In this document: piece after piece, positions 10,244-21,322 of the stretch
How positions within the stretch are numbered: position 1 is the stretch's first letter
Layout: each line of letters starts with the position of its first letter
NCBI GenBank assembly: GCA_036229005.1
Contig: JAZAMN010000019.1
Span: 1-63,661, forward strand
Length of the DNA: 63,661 nucleotides
Origin: Myxococcota bacterium
GTDB taxonomy: Bacteria; Myxococcota_A; UBA796; CAJQPC01
Direction of reading: 5' to 3'
The notes under the pieces: model-generated
What the model was told of the DNA's origin: nothing
Databases searched by the model: none
What the model saw: only the letters and a program-made list of their open reading frames with translations
Made by a program: the position numbers and the translations under genes

Positions 10244-11605
10244 CTGGGCGGCACCGTCCTGCTCGTCGATGACGACGACAACATCCTCACGGTCCTCTCC
10301 CTGCGTCTGGAGGCCTCGGGCTACCAGGTCTTCGTCGCGCGGGACGGGGAGCAGGCTGTCGCCGTGGCCCGGCGGGAGAGCCTGGATGTCGTGGTGTGCG
10401 ACCTCCGCCTGGAGCAGGAGTCCGGCCTGGACGTGATGGCGGAGCTGCACCGCCTGGATCCCCAGCTCCCGGTGCTGATCCTCACGGCCCACGGCAGCAT
10501 CCCCAACGCCATCGAGGCCATGAACGAGGGGGCCGCCGGCTACCTCACAAAGCCGGTGGATCGCGCCGAGCTCTACGCGCACCTGAACAAGGCCATCGAG
10601 CAGCGCCGCCTCAAGCTCGAGGTCGAGTCCCTGCGCCGAGCGGTCGACGACCGGGGCGAGCTCCACGGCCTGCTGGGGCAGTCCCCCGCCATGAAGGCCG
10701 TCTTCCAGCGCATCCGACGGGTCGCCCCCCTGGACAGCACGGTGGCCATCTTCGGGCCCTCGGGCAGCGGCAAGGAGCTGGCTGCGCGGGCCATCCACGC
10801 CCTGTCCTCCCGGGCCAACCGCCCCTTCGTCGCGGTCAACTGCGGCGCGCTCCCGGACACGCTGCTCCAGTCCGAGCTCTTCGGGTACAAGAAGGGCGCC
10901 TTCACGGACGCCCGCACGGACAAGGTGGGCCTCATCAAGTCCGCGGACGGGGGGACCCTCATGCTGGACGAGATCGGCGACGTCTCTCCGGCCATGCAGC
11001 GCTCGCTCCTCCGGGTGTTGCAGGAGGGGGAGATCACGCCCCTCGGGGCGCAGCGGCCCACCACCGTCGACATCCGGGTCATCGTCGCCACCAACAAGGA
11101 CCTGGCGGCCATGGTCGAGGACGGGAGCTTCCGCGAGGACCTCTACTACCGCCTCGTGGTGGTCCCCCTGCACATGCCCGCGCTCAAGGACCGCCCCGAG
11201 GACATCCCCATCCTGGCTCAGCACTTCGTGGACAAACACGCCGAGCGCCTGGGGCGGGGGGCGGAGCTGAGCTCGGAGGCCGTCCAGCACCTCATGGAGC
11301 GCCGCTGGCCGGGCAACGTGCGCGAGCTGGAGCACGCCGTGGAGCGCGCCCTGGTCCTCAGCTTCGGGGAGCTCCTCACCCCCGAGGACTTCGCCGACAC
11401 CGGGGTTGGACCGGGAGGACACCGCGCCGCCGACATCAAGCCCCTGCGCGAGGCCCGCGACGAGTGGGAGCGTGAGTACCTGGCCGGCCTCCTCCGGGCC
11501 ACCGGGGGCAACGTCTCCAGCGCTGCCCGCAAGGCGGGGAAATACCGGGCAGACCTCTACGGACTGCTCAAGAAGCACGGCCTCGACCCCAAGGACTACA
11601 AATAG
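10244..11605 (+). CDS. Sigma-54-dependent (NtrC-family) response regulator; probable CTG start
   Basis: Receiver (VLLVDDD...VVCDLRL...LTAHG...KP), GPSGSGKE, GAFTDA, WPGNVRELE, C-terminal HTH. The receiver extends upstream of the track start (10364) to a CTG preceded by GGAGG. Confidence 0.9.
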   Translation: MGGTVLLVDDDDNILTVLSLRLEASGYQVFVARDGEQAVAVARRESLDVVVCDLRLEQESGLDVMAELHRLDPQLPVLILTAHGSIPNAIEAMNEGAAGYLTKPVDRAELYAHLNKAIEQRRLKLEVESLRRAVDDRGELHGLLGQSPAMKAVFQRIRRVAPLDSTVAIFGPSGSGKELAARAIHALSSRANRPFVAVNCGALPDTLLQSELFGYKKGAFTDARTDKVGLIKSADGGTLMLDEIGDVSPAMQRSLLRVLQEGEITPLGAQRPTTVDIRVIVATNKDLAAMVEDGSFREDLYYRLVVVPLHMPALKDRPEDIPILAQHFVDKHAERLGRGAELSSEAVQHLMERRWPGNVRELEHAVERALVLSFGELLTPEDFADTGVGPGGHRAADIKPLREARDEWEREYLAGLLRATGGNVSSAARKAGKYRADLYGLLKKHGLDPKDYK

Positions 11606-11769
11606 GCGCGCAGCACACTGGTCTGTGCTCGCCGTCTGCCTCCTCCAGCCAGCCTGGCTGCCCCTGAGCGGTGGGTCTGCTGGGGGTGGTCGCCCCCGGG
11701 GCTGGGGGGCATGCTGGATCCAGAGCGACAAAGGGGTTAGCCAAAGGCGCTTTCAGGCCTGGAGGGCCC

Positions 11770-12528
11770 ATGAGACTCACCTCGTGCGGCGTCACAGACG
11801 TCGGCATGAAGCGCACGAACAACGAGGACAACTACCTCATCAACGATGAGCTGAACCTCTTTGTCTGCTGCGACGGGATGGGGGGTCATGTGGGCGGCGA
11901 GTACGCCTCGGCCATCGCCGTGAACACGGTCGAAGAGGTGCTCTCCTCCATCGAGACCAACCCCGACCTGGAGCTGCCCGATCTCTCCGAGCCGGTGGAC
12001 CGCGCCCGCGAGAAGCTCCGCTATGCGATCCGCCTGGCCGGCAAGCGAATCTTCGAGAAGGCCACCGCCGAGCCCGAGTACAAGGGCATGGGCACCACCG
12101 CGCTGGCCCTGCTGGTCGAGGGCGGGAACTTCCTGATCGCCCACGTCGGCGACTCCCGCGGCTACCTGCTGCGCGACGGCCGCATCGAGCAGCTCACGGA
12201 AGACCACTCCCTGGTCAACGAGAAGGTCAAGGCCGGCGTCCTGACGCCCGAGGAGGCCAAGACCCACAAGCTGCGGAACATCATCACCCGCAGCCTTGGC
12301 TACATGGAGGAGGTCGAGGTCGACATCCAGGTGCGGGCCGTTCGGCGGGGCGACAAGTTCATGCTCTGCAGCGACGGCCTCTCCAACCTGGTCAGCACGG
12401 CCGAGATCGGCGAGGTGCTCCAGCGCAACGCCCCCCAGCAGGCCTCTCGCAAGCTGATCCAGATGGCATGCGACCGCGGGGGAGATGACAACGTCACCGT
12501 CGTCACCGTTCGGGTCGACGAGCTCTGA
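11770..12528 (+). CDS. PP2C-family Ser/Thr protein phosphatase (Stp1/Pph1-like)
   Basis: TDVGMKRTNNED, DGMGGH, HVGDSR, CSDGL, GGDDNVT; GGAGG RBS. Confidence 0.95.
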   Translation: MRLTSCGVTDVGMKRTNNEDNYLINDELNLFVCCDGMGGHVGGEYASAIAVNTVEEVLSSIETNPDLELPDLSEPVDRAREKLRYAIRLAGKRIFEKATAEPEYKGMGTTALALLVEGGNFLIAHVGDSRGYLLRDGRIEQLTEDHSLVNEKVKAGVLTPEEAKTHKLRNIITRSLGYMEEVEVDIQVRAVRRGDKFMLCSDGLSNLVSTAEIGEVLQRNAPQQASRKLIQMACDRGGDDNVTVVTVRVDEL

Positions 12529-13514
12529 TGGAGCGGGGCCCCACCAGCGAGGACACCAGCAGGCGTGTGCGCCACTGGACCCTCCTGTTGGTGCCTGACA
12601 ACGACCGGGTCGCGCTCCACCAGCGGCGCCTGGATGTGCGCGCTGTGCGGGTGGGGGTGGTCGCTGCCGTGGGGCTGCTGGCCTGCGGTGTCGCTGCCCT
12701 GTCCCAGCTCTCCTTCGGGGGCGCCGACCGCGCGGAGCTCGTGAGCGAGAACCTCCTGCTGCGCCAGCGCCTGCAGGAGATCGAGTCCCAGCTCGACCAG
12801 GCGGACGCCACCCTCCAGCGCGTGCAGCTCTACGACGCGCAGCTCCGGGACATGGTCCGGGACAACCCCATCCGTCCGGGCTCCGGTCCGGTCGACGCGG
12901 GGGAGGGGACGGCCTCGGAGTCCTTGGACTACGACGAGGAGCACGCCGGAAACACCCAGGTCGAGGACGAGCTCCCCGCCCTGGCCGAGGACCTGCGCCC
13001 GGCGGAGGCATGGGCCACCGAGGTCCAGGCGCGCACCGACGAATACGTCGCCCGTCTGGAGGCCCTGGAGCCCCGCCTGGGCCTGCTGGCCGAGGACATG
13101 GAGGACCTGATGTCCATCCAGGCGGCCTTCCCGCAGGTCTGGCCGGCCGAGGGGACCTTCACCAGCGGCTTCGGCTATCGGCAGTCGCCGATCAACAACG
13201 TCCGCAAGTTCCACAGCGGTGTGGACATCGCGGCCCCGCGAGGCACCCGGGTGGTGGCCTGTGCATCCGGGGTGGTCATCATGGCCGACTACAACTCGGG
13301 CTACGGGCGCATGGTCGAGATCGACCATGGGTACGGGATCGTCTCGCGCTATGCCCACAACTCCTCCGTGTTCGTGCGGAGGGGGGACTGGGTGGACGCA
13401 GGTCAGCCCATCTCCACCATCGGGACCACCGGCCAGACCACCGGTCCCCACCTTCACTTCGAGCTGATGATCGATGGACAGCAGGTTGACCCCTTGGAGT
13501 ACCTGCCGCATTGA
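12528..13514 (+). CDS. M23-family peptidase with N-terminal TM and coiled coil
   Basis: HSGVD, YAH, TGPHLHFE; located directly upstream of secA. Confidence 0.93.
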   Translation: MERGPTSEDTSRRVRHWTLLLVPDNDRVALHQRRLDVRAVRVGVVAAVGLLACGVAALSQLSFGGADRAELVSENLLLRQRLQEIESQLDQADATLQRVQLYDAQLRDMVRDNPIRPGSGPVDAGEGTASESLDYDEEHAGNTQVEDELPALAEDLRPAEAWATEVQARTDEYVARLEALEPRLGLLAEDMEDLMSIQAAFPQVWPAEGTFTSGFGYRQSPINNVRKFHSGVDIAAPRGTRVVACASGVVIMADYNSGYGRMVEIDHGYGIVSRYAHNSSVFVRRGDWVDAGQPISTIGTTGQTTGPHLHFELMIDGQQVDPLEYLPH

Positions 13515-13595
13515 CAGCACCCCCGAGCGTGAGCAGATAGGCCCTCACCGCGGAAACCCAGGCCAGTTTGGCCCCAGCCAGAATCAGGAGCAGCC

Positions 13596-16421
13596 ATGCT
13601 CGGCCCCTTTGAGGGAGTCTTCAAGAAGATCTTCGGGTCTGCCAACGACCGCACCATCAAGAAGATGCGGCCCATGGTGGCGCGAATCAATGAGCTGGAG
13701 CCCAAGTTCCAGGCGCTCTCTGACGAGCAGCTCTTCGGCATGACCGCCGAGTTCAAGCAGCGCATCGAGAACGGCGCACCGCTGGACGACCTGATGCCGG
13801 AGGCCTTCGCCACGGTCCGGGAGACGGCGGTCCGAACCCTGGGCATGCGGCACTACGACGTGCAGATGATCGGCGGCATCGTGCTCCACCGCGGGCAGGT
13901 CGCCGAGATGAAGACCGGTGAGGGCAAGACCCTGACCGCGACCCTGCCGGTGTACCTCAACGCCCTCTCGGGCAAGGGCGCGCACGTCGTCACGGTCAAC
14001 GACTACCTGGCCGCTCGCGACGCCGAGTGGATGGCCCAGGTCTACAACGCCCTGGGGCTCTCGGTCGGCACCATCCTGTCGGGGGAGCGCAACGACCAGA
14101 TCAAGCGCGCGGCCTACGCCTCGGACATCACCTACGGGACGAACAACGAGTTCGGGTTCGACTACCTGCGCGACAACATGAAGTTCCGCCTGGAGGACTA
14201 CACCCAGCGCGGCCACAACTTCGCGATCGTGGACGAGGTCGACTCCATCCTGATCGACGAGGCCCGGACCCCGCTGATCATCTCCGGGCCCACCAACGTC
14301 AGCGTCGACAAGTACTTCAGCATCGACGCTGTCATCCCCATGCTCCAGAACGAGATCGACTACGTCATCGACGAGAAGGGCAGGGCGGTGCACCTCACCG
14401 ACCAGGGCGTGGACAAGGTCGAGCACAAGCTGGGCATCGAGAACCTCTACGATCCCCAGAACATGGAGATCCTCCACCACGTCAACCAGGCCCTCAAGGC
14501 CCACACCCTGTTCAGCCGGGACAAGGACTACGTGGTGCGTGACGGCGAGGTCGTCATCGTCGACGAGCACACCGGGCGTCTGATGTCCGGTCGGCGCTGG
14601 TCCGATGGCCTGCACCAGGCGGTCGAGGCCAAGGAGAAGCTGCAGATCCAGAAGGAGTCGCAGACCTACGCGACCATCACCTTCCAGAACTACTTCCGCA
14701 TGTACGACAAGCTCGCCGGCATGACCGGTACGGCCGAGACCGAGGCCCCCGAGCTCGCGAACATCTATGACCTGGAAGTGGTGGTCATCCCCACCAACAA
14801 GCCGGTCATCCGTGACGATCAGAACGACATCGTCTACCGGACCCAGGAGGAGAAGTTCGAGGTCGTCCTGGAGGACATCAAGGACTGCCACACCCGCGGG
14901 CAGCCCGTGCTGGTGGGCACCACCTCCGTCGAGAAGTCCGAGCTGGTGGCTCGGATGCTCAAGCGCAACGGCATCCCGCACTACGTGCTCAACGCCAAGC
15001 AGCACGCCCGCGAGGGCCACGTCGTCGCGCAGGCCGGTCGTCTGGGCGCTGTGACCATCTCCACCAACATGGCGGGCCGCGGCACCGACATCAAGCTCGG
15101 CGGCAACGCCGAGGAGATGGCCAAGGACCAGGTCAACCCCGAGGAGAACCCCCAGGGCTACCAGCAGCTCCTCGCCAAGCTCGAGGTCGAGTGCAAGGCC
15201 GAGCGCGAGAAGGTGCTGGAGCTGGGTGGTCTGCGCATCATCGGCACCGAGCGCCACGAGAGCCGCCGCATCGACAACCAGCTCCGCGGCCGCGCTGGCC
15301 GCCAGGGCGACGCCGGCTCCTCCAAGTTCTACCTCTCCCTGGAAGACGACCTGCTGCGCATCTTCGGCACCGACAAGATGATGCAGTTCATGGACAAGAT
15401 GGGCATGGGCGACAACGAGCCCATCGAGCACCCCTGGATCACCAAGTCCATCGAGAACGCCCAGAAGAAGGTCGAGGGCCACAACTTCAACGTCCGCAAG
15501 CAGCTCCTGGAGTACGACGACGTGCTCAACCAGCAGCGCAAGCTGGTGTACGCCCTGCGTCGCCGCATCCTGGAGGGCGAGCAGGTCCGCGAGATCATGC
15601 TCGAGTCCGTCGAGGGTGTGGTCGCGGACATCATGGACGACTGCGTGCCCGAGCGCGTCCACCCCGAGGGCTGGGACGTCGAGCAGCTCCGCCAGCGCTC
15701 CAAGGACATCTTCGGGTACGAGTTCGAAGGCGACGACGACCAGATCCGGGACTTCGCGGTCGAGGAGCTGCGGGACGTCCTCGCTGAGGTCGGCGTCAAG
15801 CGCTACGAAGAGAAGGAGACCGAGCTCGGCGAGGACGCCAGCCGGCAGATCGAGCGCATGCTGCTGCTCCAGTTCACCGACGACCTCTGGAAGCAGCACC
15901 TGCTCGCCATGGACCGCCTCCGCGACGGCATCGGTCTGCGCGGCTACGGCCAGCGCAACCCCCTGCTGGAGTACAAGAAGGAGGGCTTCAACATGTTCAT
16001 GATGATGACCGCCCTCCGCGATGAGTCGGTCATCACCCGCTACCTGCAGGTGGAGCTCCAGGGCGACCAGAACACCGCCGGTGCCTTCGGCAAGTCCGCC
16101 GCCCGGCGCCTGGCCGCTGGTGGGGACCTCATCCAGAGGCCGGCGGGTCCGCGCATCGACGCCTCCTCGGCTGCTGCGGCCGCCCTGGGCGCCACGAGCC
16201 TGCCCGCTGCGCCGCCCCCCGCCCCCAAGCTGCCCAGCGCAGGAGAGGAGGCCCGCCTCTTCGCCTTCGCCAACAGCCTCCGCCGCAACGACCCCTGCCC
16301 CTGCGGCTCGGGGCAGAAGTACAAGAAGTGCTGCTACCAGGCGGACTGGGAGCCCCCCGCCCCCCCCGTCGAGATGGAGGGCGCGCAGCCCGCAGAGGGT
16401 GAGGACCAGCCTGGAGCTTGA
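13596..16421 (+). CDS. secA: Preprotein translocase ATPase SecA
   Basis: [52 protein letters not shown] motif [13 protein letters not shown]. Confidence 0.99.
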   Translation: MLGPFEGVFKKIFGSANDRTIKKMRPMVARINELEPKFQALSDEQLFGMTAEFKQRIENGAPLDDLMPEAFATVRETAVRTLGMRHYDVQMIGGIVLHRGQVAEMKTGEGKTLTATLPVYLNALSGKGAHVVTVNDYLAARDAEWMAQVYNALGLSVGTILSGERNDQIKRAAYASDITYGTNNEFGFDYLRDNMKFRLEDYTQRGHNFAIVDEVDSILIDEARTPLIISGPTNVSVDKYFSIDAVIPMLQNEIDYVIDEKGRAVHLTDQGVDKVEHKLGIENLYDPQNMEILHHVNQALKAHTLFSRDKDYVVRDGEVVIVDEHTGRLMSGRRWSDGLHQAVEAKEKLQIQKESQTYATITFQNYFRMYDKLAGMTGTAETEAPELANIYDLEVVVIPTNKPVIRDDQNDIVYRTQEEKFEVVLEDIKDCHTRGQPVLVGTTSVEKSELVARMLKRNGIPHYVLNAKQHAREGHVVAQAGRLGAVTISTNMAGRGTDIKLGGNAEEMAKDQVNPEENPQGYQQLLAKLEVECKAEREKVLELGGLRIIGTERHESRRIDNQLRGRAGRQGDAGSSKFYLSLEDDLLRIFGTDKMMQFMDKMGMGDNEPIEHPWITKSIENAQKKVEGHNFNVRKQLLEYDDVLNQQRKLVYALRRRILEGEQVREIMLESVEGVVADIMDDCVPERVHPEGWDVEQLRQRSKDIFGYEFEGDDDQIRDFAVEELRDVLAEVGVKRYEEKETELGEDASRQIERMLLLQFTDDLWKQHLLAMDRLRDGIGLRGYGQRNPLLEYKKEGFNMFMMMTALRDESVITRYLQVELQGDQNTAGAFGKSAARRLAAGGDLIQRPAGPRIDASSAAAAALGATSLPAAPPPAPKLPSAGEEARLFAFANSLRRNDPCPCGSGQKYKKCCYQADWEPPAPPVEMEGAQPAEGEDQPGA

Positions 16422-16498
16422 TCCCGGCCGTCATCCTCCCGTGACAAGACAGGGGCTCTGCGTTAATCGCGCGGGGCCCCGAGTCCTTCAGGGCCAAC

Positions 16499-16575
16499 AA
16501 TCACACCGAATCGCGGAAGTCGTCCATGGGTGCCCTTCGGGGTCGGGCGCGTCCGTCGGTGGTCGATAAACCCGA
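16499..16575 (+). ncRNA. rpsB 5' leader (t44/S2 autoregulatory element-like)
   Basis: CACAC...GGGTGCCC-TTCG-GGGTCGG...TAAACCC upstream of rpsB, matching the conserved pattern of rpsB leaders. Boundaries approximate. Confidence 0.65.
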
Positions 16576-16609
16576 TGGGGTGCGGACAGCCGCACTCAGG
16601 AGAAACATC

Positions 16610-17434
16610 ATGGTCAACGTCTCGCTGCGTCAGCTCCTCGAAGCTGGTGTGCACTTCGGTCATCAGACCCGCCGCTGGAACCCCAAGATGCGCCCGTACA
16701 TCTACGGGCAGAAGAACGGCGTCCACATCATCGACCTGCAGGCCACCGCCCGCGGTCTGATCGAGGCCTGCCGCTTCGCCACCTCCGTGGTCAGCCAGGG
16801 CAAGTACGTCCTCTTCGTCGGCACCAAGCGCTCCGCTCAGGAGATCGTGGCCGAGGAGGCCGCCCGCGCCGGTCAGTTCTACATGAACAACCGCTGGCTC
16901 GGTGGCACCCTGACCAACTTCCAGACCGTCAAGAAGTCCCTGGACCGCCTGACCGCCCTGGAGCGCGCCTACACCGAGGGTCGCTTCGAGATGCTCACCA
17001 AGAAGGAAGCACTCGGCCTGACCCGCGAGATGGCCAAGATGGAGAAGAACCTCGGCGGCATCAAGACCATGCGCGCCACCCCCGGCGCTCTCTTCGTCAT
17101 CGACCCCAAGAAGGAGCACATCGCCGTCAACGAGGCCCGCAAGCTCAAGATCCCGGTCATCGCCCTGTGCGACACCAACTGCGATCCCGGCGACGTGGAC
17201 TTCGTGATCCCCGGCAACGACGACGCCATCAAGAGCATCCGCCTCTTCACCGGCGCGCTCGCTGACGCCTGCATCGAGGGCGGCGCTGCCAGCCGTCGCA
17301 GCGAGGGTGGCCAGGCCGTCCGCCGTGACCAGGACATGAACGTCGAGGTCGTCTCCCGCGTGCACAGCCCCAGCGCTGCCGCTCCCGACGCCTCCTCCGG
17401 TCCCGTGGACCAGGACGCTGTCGAGGAGGTCTGA
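16610..17434 (+). CDS. rpsB: 30S ribosomal protein S2
   Basis: [44 protein letters not shown]. Confidence 0.99.
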   Translation: MVNVSLRQLLEAGVHFGHQTRRWNPKMRPYIYGQKNGVHIIDLQATARGLIEACRFATSVVSQGKYVLFVGTKRSAQEIVAEEAARAGQFYMNNRWLGGTLTNFQTVKKSLDRLTALERAYTEGRFEMLTKKEALGLTREMAKMEKNLGGIKTMRATPGALFVIDPKKEHIAVNEARKLKIPVIALCDTNCDPGDVDFVIPGNDDAIKSIRLFTGALADACIEGGAASRRSEGGQAVRRDQDMNVEVVSRVHSPSAAAPDASSGPVDQDAVEEV

Positions 17435-17444
17435 GACCTCCGCT

Positions 17445-17477
17445 GCTGGGGTCGCCTCTCTCGGGGGTGACCCCAGC
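17445..17477 (+). promoter_or_regulatory. Strong intergenic hairpin between rpsB and tsf (attenuator/stability element)
   Basis: GCTGGGGTCGCC...GGTGACCCCAGC stem, followed by pyrimidines but no long T run. Confidence 0.5.
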
Positions 17478-17597
17478 CTCCTTCCTGTGGGCTGTCACAT
17501 CAACGTGACCTGAGCTTCGGGCCTTGAGCCCTTAGTCCCCCACGACCTCGAACCACCCCTGGGCCCTCTGGGCCAGGGACCGTCATAGGACTGTGCA

Positions 17598-18251
17598 ATG
17601 GCCGTTTCTGCTAAGGATATCAAGGACCTGCGTGGGCGTACCGGCGCCGGCATGTTGGACTGCAAGAAGGCTCTGGCCGAGACCGACGGCGACGTCGACA
17701 AGGCCATCGACTGGCTGCGCCAGAAGGGCATCACCAAGGCCGCCAAGAAGGCTGGCCGCGCTGCCACCGAGGGCCTGGTGCACGCCTACATCCACGGCAC
17801 CGGCAAGATCGGCGTCCTGGTTGAGGTCAACGCCGAGACCGACTTCGTCGCCCGCAACGAGCAGTTCATCGAGCTCTGCAACGACATCGCGATGCACATC
17901 GCTGCCGCGGCTCCCGAGTTCGTCTCCAAGGACGAGGTCCCCCAGGACCGCATCGACCGCGAGAAGGAGGTCCAGCTGGCCCGCATCGTGGAAGAGGGCA
18001 AGCCCGCCCACATCGCCGAGAAGATCGTCGTGGGTCGCATGGGCAAGTTCTACGAGGACATCTGCCTGCTCGAGCAGAAGTTCGTCAAGGACGACAAGAA
18101 GACCGTCGCTGAGATGCTGAACGAGAAGATCGGCACCATCGGCGAGAACATCAAGATCCGCCGCTTCTCCCGCTTCGTGCTGGGTGAGGGGCTGGAGAAG
18201 AAGGTGGACGACTTCGCCGCAGAAGTCGCCGCCCAGGCCGGTCTGGCCTGA
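17598..18251 (+). CDS. tsf: Elongation factor Ts (short, 217-aa form)
   Basis: TGAGMLDCKKAL, EVNAETDFVA, RRFSRFVLGEG. Confidence 0.98.
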   Translation: MAVSAKDIKDLRGRTGAGMLDCKKALAETDGDVDKAIDWLRQKGITKAAKKAGRAATEGLVHAYIHGTGKIGVLVEVNAETDFVARNEQFIELCNDIAMHIAAAAPEFVSKDEVPQDRIDREKEVQLARIVEEGKPAHIAEKIVVGRMGKFYEDICLLEQKFVKDDKKTVAEMLNEKIGTIGENIKIRRFSRFVLGEGLEKKVDDFAAEVAAQAGLA

Positions 18252-19028
<777 letters not shown>

Positions 19029-19092
19029 GAGCCCCGCCCCGCGTTGTTTGCTGGGGCGCTGGCGCGTTACCCTCATCAGACTGGAGGCGAGC

Positions 19093-19653
19093 GTGAACGA
19101 GTACCTGTCCGAGATGAAGGACGACATGAACGGGGCCATCGAGGCCCTCAAGAAGTCCCTGACCACCGTGCGCACCGGCCGGGCCACCCCCGCGCTGCTG
19201 GACGGCGTCAGCGTGATGGTCGCCGCGTACGGCGCCAGCATGCCCATCAAGCAGCTCGCCACCGTCAACGCACCCGACGCCCGCATGCTCGTCGTCACCC
19301 CCTGGGACAAGAGCACCATCAGCGACATCGAGCGCGCGATCGCCTCCGCTGGCCTGGGCCTGAACCCCGCCAACGACGGCCAGGTCGTCCGCGTGCCCGT
19401 CCCCGCGCTCACCGGTGACCGCCGCAACGAGCTCGTCCGCCGCACCCGCGGCCTGGGCGAGGACCACAAGATCCGCATCCGCACCGTCCGCAAGGACTAC
19501 AACGACATCTTCAAGAACGCCGAGGCCGACAAGGAGATCTCCGAGGACGATCTGAACCGCTACCTCAAGCAGGTCCAGTCCGCCACGGACGACGCCGTCG
19601 CCAAGATCGACGCGCTGGTCGCCGCCAAGGAAGCGGAGATCCAGGAGATTTGA
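19093..19653 (+). CDS. frr: Ribosome recycling factor
   Basis: RTGRATP, LGLNPANDG, P.LT..RR, ISEDD; GTG start after GGAGG. Confidence 0.97.
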   Translation: MNEYLSEMKDDMNGAIEALKKSLTTVRTGRATPALLDGVSVMVAAYGASMPIKQLATVNAPDARMLVVTPWDKSTISDIERAIASAGLGLNPANDGQVVRVPVPALTGDRRNELVRRTRGLGEDHKIRIRTVRKDYNDIFKNAEADKEISEDDLNRYLKQVQSATDDAVAKIDALVAAKEAEIQEI

Positions 19654-20414
19654 AGGTCTCTCTGCCCGACGGTGCCCGCGTCCCGGAGCACCTCGCCATC
19701 ATCATGGACGGCAACGGACGCTGGGCCCAGGCCCAGGGTCTGGAGCGCATTCGTGGGCACCACGAGGGCGCGGAGTCCGTCCGTGAGATCACCAAGGCCT
19801 GCCGGGAGTGGGGGGTCAAGGCCCTCACGCTCTACAGCTTCTCCACCGAGAACTGGAAGCGCCCCGAGGACGAGGTCAAGGGCCTCATGCAGCTCCTCAA
19901 GCGCTACCTCAAGGACGAGCGTCGGGAGCTGCTGGACAACGACATCCGCCTCTCCGCGGTCGGCCAGTTGGACCGGCTCCCCATCTACGTGCGCAAGCCT
20001 CTGCAGGCCTTGATGCGCGAGACGGACGTCCCCACCGCCAAGATGACCCTCACCCTGTGCCTGAGCTACGGCTCCCGCGCGGACATCGTCCAGGCCGCCC
20101 GCCGCATCGCGGAGAAGGCCCAGGCTGGTCAGCTTCGGCCAGAGGACCTGGATGAGGCCAGCTTCGGTCGTCACCTCTCCACCGCTGGGCTGCCCGAGCC
20201 TGATCTGATGATCAGGACCTCCGGCGAGGTCAGGCTGAGCAACTTCCTGCTCTGGGAGCTCGCCTACGCCGAGTTCTACATCACGGACGTCGCGTGGCCC
20301 GAGTTCCGCCGGCCCGAGCTCGCCCAGGCCTTCGCCCACTTCGGCAGGCGGGAGCGTCGCTACGGGATGACCTCCGCCCAGATCTCCGCCGCCCCCAGCC
20401 AGCCCGGCACCTGA
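19650..20414 (+). CDS. uppS: Undecaprenyl diphosphate synthase
   Basis: HLAIIMDGNGRWA, FSTENWKRP, IRTSGEVRLSNFLLW. Confidence 0.97.
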   Translation: MKVSLPDGARVPEHLAIIMDGNGRWAQAQGLERIRGHHEGAESVREITKACREWGVKALTLYSFSTENWKRPEDEVKGLMQLLKRYLKDERRELLDNDIRLSAVGQLDRLPIYVRKPLQALMRETDVPTAKMTLTLCLSYGSRADIVQAARRIAEKAQAGQLRPEDLDEASFGRHLSTAGLPEPDLMIRTSGEVRLSNFLLWELAYAEFYITDVAWPEFRRPELAQAFAHFGRRERRYGMTSAQISAAPSQPGT

Positions 20415-21235
20415 TGCTCAAGCGCCTGCTTGCGGCCCTCGTTGGCCTCGCCGTCCTGATCCCCGCCATCGTCTTTGGTGGGGAGATCGCCGTCGAGATC
20501 ATCCTCGGGCTCGCCATGCTCGTCTGTCTGGACGAGTACGCCACGATGGCCTTCCCCACCCAGCGCTTCAAGCACCTCTTCGTGCTGCTGGTGCCCGGGG
20601 TCAGCCTCTTCCTCGCCGCCCTCCACGGCAGCCAGACCTCCACCCTCGCGGTGGTCATCCTGGGCAGCTTCTGGCTCCTCGCCGCGGTCCTCTTCCGCAA
20701 GGAGCCCGTGGACGACGCAGCGAACGCCACCGCGCGCCTCTTCTTGGGCTGGGCCTACGTGCCCATGTTCATGATCTTCCCCGTGCTCATCCGCCGGATG
20801 GAGGACGGGCTCGCCTGGGTCTTCCTCCTCCTGGTCGTGACCTGGCTCGGGGACACCGGCGCCTACTTCGCCGGCCGCTTCTTCGGGAAGCACAAGCTCT
20901 ACGAGAAGATCTCCCCCAAGAAGACCTGGGAGGGCGCCATCGGTGGCGCCGTCGTGGCCACCGGGGGCGTCATGCTGGTCAAGGTCATCGCCATGCGCTT
21001 CGGCGCCCTGGAGGACCTCGCCTGGTGGGAGTGCGTGTTCATCGGCGTGGTGGTCGATGGCATCGGCATCTGTGGCGATCTTGTCGAGTCCATGCTCAAG
21101 CGCTCCTTCGGCGTCAAGGACTCCGGCTGGATCATGCCCGGCCACGGCGGCCTGCTCGACCGGGTGGACGCCCTGCTCCTCACCGGGCCGGCCCTCTGGC
21201 TCTACATGGAGGCCTTCCGGCCCCTCTGGACCTGA
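20414..21235 (+). CDS. cdsA: Phosphatidate cytidylyltransferase
   Basis: DTGAYFAG, ISPKKTWEG, GDLVESMLKR..GVKDSG..PGHGGLLDRVD. Confidence 0.97.
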   Translation: MLKRLLAALVGLAVLIPAIVFGGEIAVEIILGLAMLVCLDEYATMAFPTQRFKHLFVLLVPGVSLFLAALHGSQTSTLAVVILGSFWLLAAVLFRKEPVDDAANATARLFLGWAYVPMFMIFPVLIRRMEDGLAWVFLLLVVTWLGDTGAYFAGRFFGKHKLYEKISPKKTWEGAIGGAVVATGGVMLVKVIAMRFGALEDLAWWECVFIGVVVDGIGICGDLVESMLKRSFGVKDSGWIMPGHGGLLDRVDALLLTGPALWLYMEAFRPLWT

Positions 21236-21322
21236 GCCAGGGCTCGGGGACCTTTCCGCCCAGCCGACCTCGGACTACTCTGAGATTCGAACCCGGAGCC
21301 GACCATCATCATCTTCGCCGCC

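Noticed and set aside
17598..18251. Short EF-Ts as a truncation or pseudogene
   Set aside because: The ~200-aa form is a known natural variant; both termini and TDFV are intact.
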